A stretch of 64,000 bases of DNA from Candidatus Latescibacterota bacterium (GCA_965219995.1 CBDCOX010000002.1:4672001-4736000), one strand, 5' to 3'; positions 28,190 to 38,913 are shown, numbered from the stretch's first letter. Program-made: numbers and translations. The notes: generated by a model from the letters alone, not told the origin.

Positions 28190-29320
28190 ATGTTTTCGGT
28201 ATTTCTGATAGCGTCGCTTATTGTGGCGCTGACGCTGGGTCCCGTGTCGGCCACCGCGTCTGAAGGCAATGGTCGGGGCGTGTCGTACAACGCATTGCCG
28301 GGACCGAAGGACCTTGAGATTTCAGCGGACGAGGATGTAGCGTTCCTGAATGGGGTGCTGAAGAGCATCTTCCCGGAAGGTACCGGCGGGTTGTCGGAAG
28401 AGCAGAAGGGGATCGCCATTCTGCGTTACGCGTCGTCGGCGCTCGAACTGAAGAACAACGGCGGGACCGCCACGAAGATCATCAGGGAGGGCTACGCGAT
28501 CTGCGGCGGGCTGTCGCACGTGCATCGGGTTCTCTGCCGGATGGTCGGGCTGCCGTCCCGGTACATCGGCGCATTCAATTTGCGTCCGATTATGGGCAGC
28601 CACGCCATCAGCGAGGTGTATTACGGAGGGAAATGGCATCTGCTGGACCCCACGTTCGGTATCTTCTTCTATTCGAAAACGCAGTATGACGGCACCGGTG
28701 AGATTCCGTCGTTCCACGATCTGGTGACTTCGCCGGGCGGGTGGACCGCGTTCAAGGTCGTGGAGAGGCCGTGGATCGGCCGGTACGACGATTCGGTGCG
28801 GTCCTTCGGGGTTGCGCCGGTCGAGGCTGACTACCTGAAGGACGTCTACAGAACGCCGATTATGGAACTTTACGAAAAGTACGTGGCCGAGACGTTTCCG
28901 ATCGCCTACGGACACCGCGATCCGGTGTCCTACCCGGTCGACGCGGACCTGAGAGAAGAGGAAGATTTCCGCGTGGGCGGCGTGGACGGGAACGCCGGGG
29001 ACGTGCTGAGGATGGTGACGAACGGAACCGGGTACGTGGGCGGGCACTACCTGGGCGGGAACTATCCGCCGGGGTTCCATACGTGGTCGATCCGGACGCC
29101 GGGGCCATGCCGTTTGCGGATCGAGTATTTCAGTACCCAGGACGACCCGCCCGGCCTTGAGCCGTCGCCCCTGAAAGCGGCGCGAATCACATCGGTTCGC
29201 AAGGACGCGAGAAGGGTCGTCATCGACCTCCAGGCGATCGGACCGGAGGTCATTGTGGCGGTCCATTGCCCCGGAGGCACCTTTGCGGTGGATGCCTTTC
29301 GGGCTGCGCGAATTCGCTGA
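28190..29320 (+). CDS. Secreted transglutaminase-like (Cys-His-Asp) domain protein
   Basis: Signal peptide, GYAICGG, HAISEVY and WHLLDPT. GGAGG upstream. Confidence 0.8.
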   Translation: MFSVFLIASLIVALTLGPVSATASEGNGRGVSYNALPGPKDLEISADEDVAFLNGVLKSIFPEGTGGLSEEQKGIAILRYASSALELKNNGGTATKIIREGYAICGGLSHVHRVLCRMVGLPSRYIGAFNLRPIMGSHAISEVYYGGKWHLLDPTFGIFFYSKTQYDGTGEIPSFHDLVTSPGGWTAFKVVERPWIGRYDDSVRSFGVAPVEADYLKDVYRTPIMELYEKYVAETFPIAYGHRDPVSYPVDADLREEEDFRVGGVDGNAGDVLRMVTNGTGYVGGHYLGGNYPPGFHTWSIRTPGPCRLRIEYFSTQDDPPGLEPSPLKAARITSVRKDARRVVIDLQAIGPEVIVAVHCPGGTFAVDAFRAARIR

Positions 29321-29358
29321 CCGTTTCCGCCGGAGAGCCTGGCGCCACCTTCCAGCTT

Positions 29359-29480
29359 GTAGGGGCAGGTTTCAAACCTGCCTCCTGTTCCTCGCGTACC
29401 GAAGCGTGGTCATTGAGCTTGTCGAAATGCCCGCGCTTCGCTACCCTTCGCCGACCCTTCGACAAGCTCAGGGAGCGGCT
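29359..29480. repeat. REP mosaic 1
   Basis: GTAG-GGGCAGGTTTCAAACCTGCC hairpin, then GCGTGGTCATTGAGCTTGTCGAAATGCCCGC, then its inverted partner CCCTTCGACAAGCTCAGGGA. Confidence 0.85.
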
Positions 29481-29599
29481 GATGGTATCGCCGTTTGGAA
29501 TTGCAGCGGTTTTGCTGCCAAAACTGCCCCTACATTGACGGGCGCATTCCTCGGACCACGTTACGCCGCATTATTCCCTTACCAAAGAGGATTTCCAAT

Positions 29600-32104
29600 A
29601 TGATTCAGGTTCTGCGCGAGGAGCACCCCCGGCTGTATCGCCCTGCCGAAGATCCGCAATACAGGTTCGATCCGCCGAAGGATGCGGCGCGAAAGCGAAT
29701 TCTGGAAAACATCCTCGCGGACTGCGAGCTCTACTATCCCCAACGGCCGTGGAAACGGATTCCCGAGCGGCCCGACAGCCCTCATCCGTATCATCAACTG
29801 TATCTCACGTTCTATACAGGGATGCACGCCACAGCACTGATGGAGCACTATGCATTCGCGTGGCGGCTGACCGGTGATCCGCGCTGGCTGAAACGGGCGC
29901 GAGACTGGTTGCGGGCGGCGGCGGAATGGGAACACAGCGACCGGGTTGAGCAGCACTTCTATACGGCAAACAGGTACATGCAGGCTTTTGCGCTGGCGCT
30001 GGACCTGCTGGACGATGTGCTGCCGGACGAGGAGAAAGCACGGGCGACCGTGTGCCTGGTCCGGCTGATGGAGAGATGGTGGCCGGACGTGGAACGGTCC
30101 AGGTATTCGTCGGATGGACGACACCACGCCGTGGTGGACAACGGGCATTTCGGCGTGGCCGCGCTGCACCTTCTTGGAAAACACCCCGACGCCGAATCCT
30201 GGGTGTCTGCCGTCGTCGACCGGTTTCGCAGCGGGGTCATGCCCCATGGGTGCGGACGGGACGGCGAACCCGGGGACGGACCCTCGTTCTGGCCATGGGA
30301 GAACCTGTGGATGCTGCACTTCGCCGACGCGCTGAAGAACGTGACCGGCGAAGACCTCTACCGGGAGTTTCCAAAGCGGCTGGAACGTCCCCTGAAGTGG
30401 TTCCGGTATCATCTGGCGCCGCCGGAAGTGATCGAAGACAGGCTGTACTATCCCGAAAATGCGAACGTGATTTCAGGGAGCCAGCTCGATGCCTGTTCGG
30501 TCACCCTGCTGCGGCTGGCGCAGGAGGCGGGCGACGCCGGTCTGCGGCAGGTCGCGCTGAGCGACCCGCGACTCGGAAGACTCTACCGGTTCGGCATGGG
30601 CGTGAAGGGGACGTCGGCGGAGTGTATGGTGGCCTACGGCCCGTACGCCTATTGCTATTGCGAACCTGCGTTCCGGCCGTCGCGGCGTCGTACGGTTTCG
30701 TTGCCGCTCTCCAGGACGTTCCTCCGGGCGCACTACGGAGAAGTGGGCATGCTGCGGACCGCGTGGGACCGAAGCGCCGTCGTCGCCTGTGTGGCCGGAT
30801 ACAAGGGCGGGGGGGCGCACGGTTTCATGAACCTCCACGTGCAGTGGGCAGGATTTCCGGTGTTGCGGTCGATATCCGCGGAGGAGGCGCAGCCCGTGGC
30901 CTGCGGAAGCCTTCCCGTGGCGGGCGGGCAGAACGAGATCGTTGCCTTTCTGAGGCGGCTGAATTCCGGGGCCCGGTTCGACCGGCTGCGGGTCAGGTCC
31001 ATCCGAACGGACCATGAATACTGGCTGCTGACGGGTGCCTCTCCGGTCCTGGTGACCGCCCTGAGGCGCCGGCGCCGCGGCGTGAAGCTGATGCGCAAAC
31101 GGGACGAAGTCTTCGCCCGATTGAACGGACGGGACTATCTGCAGTACGAGCGCGAGGCACACTTCAATCCCAGGGCCGGCGAATTGAGGATGCGTTTCCG
31201 TCTGAACGGCGAGGTCCCGCAGGACGGTCCGAGGGTTCTGTTCAACACCGGGATCGGCGTTGGGCGAGTCATGGGAAGCCGGGTGAACAACTACTCGCTG
31301 GCGGTCATGGATGGAAATGCGTTGACGTTTGTCGTACAGAGCCAGCGGAACACCTCGGTGGAGGTGGTGTCGCCGGTGAAGATCGAACCCGACAGGTGGC
31401 ACGACGTCGCAATTCGATGGGGCGGTTTCAACCGAAAGGGAGACAGTCCGTTCATCGAGATCGAAGTCGACGGCCGGCGGGACCGGTGCGACGATCCCGC
31501 GGTCTTCGGGGAACTGGGGGTGGATTCGCAAAACCTGGAGTCGCGTTCGGAACCCAGGACGTTCTATATCAAGTCGAATACCGTGCTGGCCTTCGGGGGC
31601 GCGGTGCAAATGCCGGGGACCGGGGTGAAGTGCGACCTCGCTTCGGTGGACCTGAAATGTCCCGGACGCAGGCGGTTGCGTCCGGATTTCGAGACCGACA
31701 TGGGGCCGGAAACCGGAAGCGGCGCGCTGGGATGGAAGCTGAATCCGGTGGATCTGCACGACGTCGATTCCGACCTGGCGCGGTTCGGCGCGGGGGAGCG
31801 GACGATCGACGTGCTGCCGCTCTATGGTGACGACTTCCGCTTCGAACGGGAAGAGGTCCCGTTCGCGCCCGCGGGCCTCGCTGCAGGAAGCCTGAAGAGC
31901 TTCATTAAAGGGTCACGGGGACCGAACACGCGCGTACGTCTGTCCACCCCCGGAGACGTCCTGGTTTTCGCCTTCGCGGAGCACAATGGGAACACCCACG
32001 TGGCGCAGAACGAAAACGGGTTTGAGATTGAAATCGGGAAAGAACGATACGCGTTCGACGTGAACAGGACGGGGGAGGAGATCCTGACGCTGCATTCAGC
32101 TTAG
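29600..32104 (+). CDS. Heparinase II/III / alginate lyase-like alpha-toroid protein with LamG-like domain
   Basis: EHPRLY, YAFAWRLTGDPRWL and DGEPGDGPSFW in the toroid region. WHDVAIRW...IEVDG is LamG-like. Confidence 0.6.
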   Translation: MIQVLREEHPRLYRPAEDPQYRFDPPKDAARKRILENILADCELYYPQRPWKRIPERPDSPHPYHQLYLTFYTGMHATALMEHYAFAWRLTGDPRWLKRARDWLRAAAEWEHSDRVEQHFYTANRYMQAFALALDLLDDVLPDEEKARATVCLVRLMERWWPDVERSRYSSDGRHHAVVDNGHFGVAALHLLGKHPDAESWVSAVVDRFRSGVMPHGCGRDGEPGDGPSFWPWENLWMLHFADALKNVTGEDLYREFPKRLERPLKWFRYHLAPPEVIEDRLYYPENANVISGSQLDACSVTLLRLAQEAGDAGLRQVALSDPRLGRLYRFGMGVKGTSAECMVAYGPYAYCYCEPAFRPSRRRTVSLPLSRTFLRAHYGEVGMLRTAWDRSAVVACVAGYKGGGAHGFMNLHVQWAGFPVLRSISAEEAQPVACGSLPVAGGQNEIVAFLRRLNSGARFDRLRVRSIRTDHEYWLLTGASPVLVTALRRRRRGVKLMRKRDEVFARLNGRDYLQYEREAHFNPRAGELRMRFRLNGEVPQDGPRVLFNTGIGVGRVMGSRVNNYSLAVMDGNALTFVVQSQRNTSVEVVSPVKIEPDRWHDVAIRWGGFNRKGDSPFIEIEVDGRRDRCDDPAVFGELGVDSQNLESRSEPRTFYIKSNTVLAFGGAVQMPGTGVKCDLASVDLKCPGRRRLRPDFETDMGPETGSGALGWKLNPVDLHDVDSDLARFGAGERTIDVLPLYGDDFRFEREEVPFAPAGLAAGSLKSFIKGSRGPNTRVRLSTPGDVLVFAFAEHNGNTHVAQNENGFEIEIGKERYAFDVNRTGEEILTLHSA

Positions 32105-32184
32105 CCCTGTGACGAGTGTGTCGATCGTCTGTTCTTGAGGGATTGAGGGCGGTACGGTACGTGCGACGCAGCGGCCCTTCGGCC

Positions 32185-32712
32185 GTAGAGCAAACTGTTA
32201 GTTTGCTTTAACTGATGATCGAACGCCTTCACGTTGATTCCGCTATCCTACGTTTTGTAGGGGCGTCCCTTGTGGGCGCCCTGCCTTCGCCGGCCCTTCG
32301 ACACCCTTCGACAGGCTCAGGGACCGAGCTCAGGGAACGGCTCAGGCTGCAGGCTCATTGACGTTCATTGAACAATTCGATGCGTGGTCATTGAGCTTGT
32401 CGAAATGCCCGCTCATGCACAGCCAACCATGGCCGCTTTCCCGTAGACGGAGAGCGGCTATTTGCGTAGTGCAGAAACTCACGTGTGAATACTTGAACCC
32501 GATTTTCGACTTGACCCGTTTCGGCACGTACCTTATCTCATTGAGAATAGCGGCCACTTCATCCGGTTGCATACGAACAAGATAACGAGGTCTTGCAGCC
32601 GTAGAGCAAACTGTTGGTTTGCTCTAACCGATGATCGTGGGCCTTCGCATTGAATCCGCTATCCAATGTCTTGTAGGGGCGTCCCTTGTGGGCACCCGGC
32701 TTCCTGCGGCGA
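32185..32712. repeat. REP mosaic 2 with ~100-bp direct repeat (32185-32281 / 32601-32697)
   Basis: Each unit is GTAGAGCAAAC-N5-GTTTGCT, a spacer, and GTAGGGGCGTCCCTTGTGGGCRCCC. 32382-32412 is identical to 29404-29434. Confidence 0.88.
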
Positions 32713-32766
32713 TGGGTCCATCTGTCGCTTTATACAACGTGGTATCGGCTTCACACTGAGGTCGCA

Positions 32767-35700
32767 GTGCGCAGGCATCGTCTACATCCAGCGCGGTTAC
32801 GCTCGGCGTGGCGCGGTAGAAGATCAGCCTGGATATTCACCGGCTTGTCAATTGCCATTCTGATCTGTCTGGGGTCTCTCTATTCGCAGGCAAGCTCGCC
32901 GAACTCCGCCGGCTCTCCGGACTTCGATGGCAACGGGACTGTCGGGTTCAGCGATTTTGTTCTCTTGGCAGAAGTGTTCGGGTCAAGCGCGGGGGATTCC
33001 GGATTTGATGCGCGGTTTGACCTGGATGGGGACGGCGCCGTCGGATTCGGCGATTTCGTAATCTTCGCAGGTCGTTTCGGCGACAAAGTCCCCGTCTATG
33101 GCGGAGACCGGGATGTCCTGGTAGCGCTGTATGAGGCGACGGACGGCCCAAACTGGGCAATCAGCACGAACTGGCTGACGGACAATGACCTCTCAACCTG
33201 GCATGGCGTGAATGTTCACAACGGCCGGGTCACGGCGCTGGTCCTGACCGACAATAATCTGTCAGGGACTTTACCGGCGGAACTGGGTAAACTGACGCAT
33301 CTCGATTCCCTGGCGATTGACTACAATCAGTTGGCGGGAGCGATTCCGAAAGAACTCGGTCGACTCACTCATCTCAAGACCTTAGATCTAAACAACAACA
33401 ATCTATCGGGGATCATACCGGTGGAATTGGCACAACTCACGCGTCTGACAGTTCTGAGCCTTGGCAGGAATCAGCTGACGGGGCCGATTCCGAGAGAGAT
33501 TGGACAACTCGCCAAGCTCCGGTCGCTTCGCCTGTCGTTAAACCGACTGGCCGGTGAGATGCACCCGGAACTGGGAGAGTTGAGCAATCTTCGGGAATTG
33601 AGCTTTTTCGGGAATGATCTGAATGGAGGGATCCCACCCGAGATTGGACAACTCGCCAGTCTCGAAATCCTGAACCTCTCGGCAAACCAGATTACGGGAA
33701 AGATACCGCAGGAACTGGGAAAACTCACCAATCTGCAAAGGTTGAGCCTTTTCAACAATCAGTTGACAGAGAGTATCCCAAATGAGATCGGACAACTCGG
33801 CAGCCTTTCCCGGTTGAACCTTGCAGGGAATACACTTACGGGGCCGATCCCCGGTGCGCTGGGCCAACTTACCAAATTGAAAGAATTGAATCTTGCCAAT
33901 AATGAGTTAACGGGGCGGATGCCTGATACACTGGGTCAACTCACCAAACTTAGACAATTGAACCTTGCCAATAATGAATTGGAGGGGCCAATCCCCGTTA
34001 CACTGGGTCAGCTCACCAATCTGGTAGAATTGAACCTCGACGATAATGAGCTAGCAGGGCCGATCCCGGCAGAGTTAGGCCGACTAACAGAACTAATAGC
34101 GTTAAGGCTTGCCGCGAATCAGTTGACGGGAAGAATTCCAATGGAACTGGGCGAACTTGCCAGTCTCCAGGTGTTGCTTCTTTATGAGAATGACTATCTC
34201 ACGGGAATCCTGCCCGGATCATTCACCAATCTAACTTTGGAGATGCTTGAGTTGCAAGGCACTGAAGTGTGTATACCTGCGACATCCGAATTCCAAAGTT
34301 GGATTGAGAACATCCCGGACGCGGAAGTCAGCGCTCGATGTTCAGATCGGGATAGGGATGCTCTCGTTGCACTCTACAGCCGCGCGGGTGGGTCCAACTG
34401 GAAAATCAAGACCAACTGGTTGAGCGACAGTTTATTGGGCGAATGGTACGGCGTGACGACGAATGCCGAAGGTCGCGTAGATAGACTGGATCTCCCGGGG
34501 AACAATCTGCGGGGAACGATACCCTTCCAAATGGAAGATCTGACTGGCCTTAAGGTGATAGATTTCTCTTCTAACGACGCCCTTACCGGGCCATTGCCCG
34601 CCGGGCTCGTACAACTCGCCCTGGACTCGCTGGCTTTAGACAGAACACAACTTTGCGGACCTCCACAGACGAAGTTCAGGTCGTGGCTCGATCGGATATC
34701 CTACAGAACGGAAATTGACCAATGTGCCGACACGCGCCCGGATTTCTATGTTCTGGTGGAACTGTACAACGAGACGGATGGACCGAACTGGACGAATACG
34801 ACAAACTGGGCGAGCGCCGCGCCGTTGAGCGAGTGGCACGGCGTGACCACCGATAACCTGGGGCGTGTGACCGGACTGGCTCTGTGGGAAAACAATCTGC
34901 GCGGGACGATACCGAAGCAGATTGCTAAACTCTCCAACCTTGAAGAATTGCTTCTCCATGGAAACAAGTTTACGGGCTCAATCCCGCCGGTACTGGGTGA
35001 GTTGACTAGTCTACGCACTCTCAGTCTGTCTTGGAATCAGTTAACGGGGACGTTACCGAAAGCGATAGGACAACTCACCAAACTCACATCCATTGACCTG
35101 CACAAGAATGACCTGACCGGCTCGATCCCGCCGGAGCTGGGCGGGTTAACCAACCTCCGCAGCCTGAATCTGTCCTGGAATCAGCTGACGGGGACCATAC
35201 CGAAAGCGCTCGGGCAACTTAGGAATCTCAAATTGCTGAGTCTTCTTGAGAATCAACTGACGGGTAGAATACCCTCGAAACTTGGACAGTTGACCAATCT
35301 AACGAGCCTGTATCTGTCGGAGAACAATTTGTCCGGAACGATACCATCGGAGTTGGGCCAACTCACAAGTCTCGAATCGCTGGACCTTTCAAGTAATCAG
35401 TTGACGGGTGGGATTCCACGGGCGCTTGGAAGACTCACCAGACTCCGAAGCCTCCACCTCGGGGTAAACCCGCTGGGCGGTCAGATACCCCCCGAGCTGG
35501 GTCAGTTGACTAATCTCGAAAGTATTAACTTTTCTTTTGCTAATCTAAGTGGGGGGATCCCACATACGCTTGGAAAACTCATTAATCTCAGGTCCTTGTA
35601 TCTTATTGCAAATGCACTGACTGGACCGATTCCGTCGGAACTGGGGCAGTTGAGCAATCTAAAGAGGTTGAGCTTTTTCGGTAATCAACTGACAGGCAGT

Positions 35701-38700
35701 ATTCCACGAGAGCTTGGACAACTCGGGACTCTAGAAAGGTTGGACCTAGTCGGAAATAAACTGACAGGGACAATTCCGGGTGAATTTGGCAAACTCACCA
35801 ATCTTGCGAAGTTGGATCTTAGCGTGAATAGCCTGACAGGGGCGATTCCGGGTCAACTAGGCCAACTTACCAATTTAAGTGAGCTGAGTCTTTTTGGAAA
35901 TCAGTTGACGGGAACCATCCCCGTTGAAATCGGTAAACTCACCAATTTAAATGACTTGAGCCTTGAACACAATGAGATGACAGGAACCATCCCTGGCGAA
36001 CTGGGACAACTCACAAACCTTAAAGATCTGAGCCTTTTTGGAAATCAGTTGACGGGTCCCATTCCCGTTGAATTGGGGAAACTAACCGAACTAACCGAAT
36101 TGCTCCTCACCGACAATCAGTTGACGGGTTCCATTCCGGTTGAACTGGGCAAAATCACTAGTCTTGAGCGCCTATGGCTTGGCGAGAATCAGCTAACAGG
36201 GACGATACCGAAGGAACTGGGGCAACTTACCAATCTTACAGAATTGCTCCTGCATGAAAACGACGGCCTGACCGGGCCATTGCCAAAGACGTTTACCGGT
36301 CTCGACCTGAAAATGCTGGGATTGCAGGGAACTCCAGTATGCGTACCTCAGACCAGCGAATTCCAGGAATGGTTCGAGGCGATACCGAACAAGCGTGTCA
36401 GTGCGAATTGTTCCGATAGGGAACGGGATGCACTGGTCGCGCTCTATAACGTCACGGACGGAGCCAACTGGATAGACAAGACAAACTGGTTAACCGCGGG
36501 GTCACTGGGTGAATGGTACGGCGTCATGGCCGATGAGGACGGCCGCGTGACCCGGCTAGACCTGCAGGGAAACAACTTGCGAGGAACAATTCCTGCGCAA
36601 TTGGGAGGGTTGACCCATCTCAATACACTGGAACTTGCATCCAATGCTGCGTTGTCCGGGCCATTGCCCGCAGGGCTAACGGGACTCGCACTGGATACAC
36701 TTTCGCTGGGCGGAACCGATCTGTGCGGCCCCCCGACGGCGGATTTCCAGCGCTGGCTCAATGGTATACCCGACAGGACCGAAGTCGCCCGCTGTGCCGA
36801 CACTCGTGCGGATTATTATGTTTTGATGGATTTTTACAACAGGACGAATGGACCGAACTGGACGAATTCGTCTCACTGGGCAAGTCCGGCGCCGTTGGGC
36901 GACTGGCACGGCGTGACCACCGATTCCGGAGGACGCGTGACTGCTTTGGATCTGCGGGAAAACAACCTACAGGGGACGATACCAAAGGAATTGGGGCAAC
37001 TAACCAATCTAACTGAACTGGATCTTGGAAGGAATAAACTTACGGGTGCAATCCCGTCGGAACTGGGACAACTTACATACCTTACATCCCTGGACTTTCA
37101 CAATAACCTGTTAACGGGGCGGATTCCATCGGAACTGGGCGAGCTCACCGGCCTCGCACATTTAGACCTCGGCTGGAATCAGTTGACAGGAACGATCCCT
37201 GCAGAGCTCGGTCAGCTTACCGAACTCACATATCTGGATCTTGCCAACAACGAGCTTACTGGAGAGAGCCCACCCGAGTTTGGGCGGTTGGACAAACTCG
37301 AAAGGCTGGATCTTGGGAGCAATCGGCTCCGCGGCGGAATCTTGTCTGTACTGGGAGAGTTGTCCCGTCTCAGTTGGTTGAATCTTGACCATAATGAGTT
37401 TACGGGTCCAATTCCAGCGGAGCTGGGAAAGCTTACCGGTCTTAAGAGATTGTACCTTGCGGGTAACCGGCTGACGGGCGGAATACCCTCAGAACTGGGG
37501 CAACTTGGCGACCTCGGATTTCTGCAGCTTTACGGCAACCGGTTGACCGGACCCATACCTGCAGAACTGGGTCGGCTCACCAATCTCACAGAACTGCATC
37601 TCGCCCGCAACCAGTTAACCGGGCCAATACTTGCAGGACTGGGCCAACTTACCAATCTCATCAGCCTGAATCTTTCCCGTAATCAACTGACGGGGACGAT
37701 ACCCGCAGAACTCGGCCAACTCAACAGGCTAAGGCAACTGAACCTCAACGAGAATGAGTTGACCGGAGGGATTCCGCCGCAGCTGGGCCAACTCACCAAT
37801 CTCACATCTCTGGACCTTGCCGGGAATCAGTTGACGGGATGGATTCCACCGGAGATCGGACAGATCATCAGTATGACTTGGTTGGAATTCACGGGGAATC
37901 AGTTAACGGGGAAGATACCTGCGGAATTGGGACAATTGACAGATCTCGAAGGATTGAATCTCTCAAAAAACCGGTTGTCGGGTGGGTTGCCTCAAGAGTT
38001 GGGGAAACTCCCCAATCTCAAATGGTTGGATCTCAGCGCAAACAAGCTCTCTGGCGAAATTCCAACGGAGCTGGGCAGTCTCAGCAATTTGGAGACGCTG
38101 AATCTCGCCTTTAATGGTGCCTTGTCCGGGAATATCCCTCACACTTTCACTCGTCTGAATCTTGAATCCCTCCGTCTGAGCGAAACGCTACTGTGTGTAC
38201 CGGACGGAGATGAGTTCAAGGCGTGGCTCATTAGAATTCCGGAAAACCGAGTACCCAACTGCACGCGAATCGACAGATCGTCAGCCTACCTGACGCAGGC
38301 CACGCAATCCTTGGAATATCCCGTGTCCCTTGTGGCCGGTGAGGCCGCCCTCCTGCGCGTGTTCGTCACCTCTGAACCGAACGTGGATGCGGCGATGCCG
38401 CCCGTGCGGGCCACCTTTTTTCTCAACGGTACTGAGGTACATAGGACGGAGATCCGCGGCAGGGAGACCGGTCTCCCCTGGCAGATCAGCGAAGCGTCGC
38501 TGTTGAATTCGGCCAACGCAGTGGTGCCCGGCGCGCTTGTGATGCCGGGCTTGGAGATGGTGGTGGAGATCGATCCGGACCAGTCGCTGGCACCGCGCCT
38601 CAATATCGGCGGGCGGCTGCCCCGGATTGGGCGGGCGGCCGTCGACGTGAGGCCCATGCCGCCTCTTGAACTAACGTTGGTACCGTTTCTGTGGTCCGAA

Positions 38701-38901
38701 AACCCGGACAGTACTGTATTAGCGGAAACGCGGGACCTGACGGCCGAATCCGATTTGTTCAGGTCCACGCGCGACCTCCTTCCCGTCGGCGACTTCCGTC
38801 TGACCGTCAACGAGCCGGTATTGACTTCGGCGGATCCCACGTCCGACAGCCATGAGACGTTGATGTCTGAAACCGGGGTAATTCGTGCCATGGCAGGGTG
38901 A
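32767..38901 (+). CDS. Giant secreted plant-type leucine-rich-repeat protein: signal peptide, dockerin/EF-hand-like pair, five capped LRR blocks (~55 repeats), start of a metalloprotease region; ends at an in-frame TGA
   Basis: 24-aa repeats LxxLxLxxNxLTGxIPxELGxLxx, DFDGNGTVGFSDF/DLDGDGAVGFGDF pair and caps DRDxLVALY..GPNW..W.GV. GTG start after GAGG preferred over 32686. Confidence 0.9.
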   Translation: MRRHRLHPARLRSAWRGRRSAWIFTGLSIAILICLGSLYSQASSPNSAGSPDFDGNGTVGFSDFVLLAEVFGSSAGDSGFDARFDLDGDGAVGFGDFVIFAGRFGDKVPVYGGDRDVLVALYEATDGPNWAISTNWLTDNDLSTWHGVNVHNGRVTALVLTDNNLSGTLPAELGKLTHLDSLAIDYNQLAGAIPKELGRLTHLKTLDLNNNNLSGIIPVELAQLTRLTVLSLGRNQLTGPIPREIGQLAKLRSLRLSLNRLAGEMHPELGELSNLRELSFFGNDLNGGIPPEIGQLASLEILNLSANQITGKIPQELGKLTNLQRLSLFNNQLTESIPNEIGQLGSLSRLNLAGNTLTGPIPGALGQLTKLKELNLANNELTGRMPDTLGQLTKLRQLNLANNELEGPIPVTLGQLTNLVELNLDDNELAGPIPAELGRLTELIALRLAANQLTGRIPMELGELASLQVLLLYENDYLTGILPGSFTNLTLEMLELQGTEVCIPATSEFQSWIENIPDAEVSARCSDRDRDALVALYSRAGGSNWKIKTNWLSDSLLGEWYGVTTNAEGRVDRLDLPGNNLRGTIPFQMEDLTGLKVIDFSSNDALTGPLPAGLVQLALDSLALDRTQLCGPPQTKFRSWLDRISYRTEIDQCADTRPDFYVLVELYNETDGPNWTNTTNWASAAPLSEWHGVTTDNLGRVTGLALWENNLRGTIPKQIAKLSNLEELLLHGNKFTGSIPPVLGELTSLRTLSLSWNQLTGTLPKAIGQLTKLTSIDLHKNDLTGSIPPELGGLTNLRSLNLSWNQLTGTIPKALGQLRNLKLLSLLENQLTGRIPSKLGQLTNLTSLYLSENNLSGTIPSELGQLTSLESLDLSSNQLTGGIPRALGRLTRLRSLHLGVNPLGGQIPPELGQLTNLESINFSFANLSGGIPHTLGKLINLRSLYLIANALTGPIPSELGQLSNLKRLSFFGNQLTGSIPRELGQLGTLERLDLVGNKLTGTIPGEFGKLTNLAKLDLSVNSLTGAIPGQLGQLTNLSELSLFGNQLTGTIPVEIGKLTNLNDLSLEHNEMTGTIPGELGQLTNLKDLSLFGNQLTGPIPVELGKLTELTELLLTDNQLTGSIPVELGKITSLERLWLGENQLTGTIPKELGQLTNLTELLLHENDGLTGPLPKTFTGLDLKMLGLQGTPVCVPQTSEFQEWFEAIPNKRVSANCSDRERDALVALYNVTDGANWIDKTNWLTAGSLGEWYGVMADEDGRVTRLDLQGNNLRGTIPAQLGGLTHLNTLELASNAALSGPLPAGLTGLALDTLSLGGTDLCGPPTADFQRWLNGIPDRTEVARCADTRADYYVLMDFYNRTNGPNWTNSSHWASPAPLGDWHGVTTDSGGRVTALDLRENNLQGTIPKELGQLTNLTELDLGRNKLTGAIPSELGQLTYLTSLDFHNNLLTGRIPSELGELTGLAHLDLGWNQLTGTIPAELGQLTELTYLDLANNELTGESPPEFGRLDKLERLDLGSNRLRGGILSVLGELSRLSWLNLDHNEFTGPIPAELGKLTGLKRLYLAGNRLTGGIPSELGQLGDLGFLQLYGNRLTGPIPAELGRLTNLTELHLARNQLTGPILAGLGQLTNLISLNLSRNQLTGTIPAELGQLNRLRQLNLNENELTGGIPPQLGQLTNLTSLDLAGNQLTGWIPPEIGQIISMTWLEFTGNQLTGKIPAELGQLTDLEGLNLSKNRLSGGLPQELGKLPNLKWLDLSANKLSGEIPTELGSLSNLETLNLAFNGALSGNIPHTFTRLNLESLRLSETLLCVPDGDEFKAWLIRIPENRVPNCTRIDRSSAYLTQATQSLEYPVSLVAGEAALLRVFVTSEPNVDAAMPPVRATFFLNGTEVHRTEIRGRETGLPWQISEASLLNSANAVVPGALVMPGLEMVVEIDPDQSLAPRLNIGGRLPRIGRAAVDVRPMPPLELTLVPFLWSENPDSTVLAETRDLTAESDLFRSTRDLLPVGDFRLTVNEPVLTSADPTSDSHETLMSETGVIRAMAG

Positions 38902-38913
38902 AATGGCCACTTT

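Noticed and set aside
32413-32595. Small gene or sRNA between the two ~100-bp direct repeats
   Set aside because: The short ORFs start or end within repeats and have no recognisable motif, and there is only a weak promoter-like TTGACC. Not supportable.
32686-32766. ORF-track start of the LRR gene
   Set aside because: It begins inside a REP hairpin. GTG 32767 has a ribosome-binding site and yields a plausible signal peptide.
33240-38200. 72-nt periodic repeats as a CRISPR array
   Set aside because: The repeats are degenerate, in frame and protein-coding, with no constant repeat/unique spacer pattern and no cas genes.
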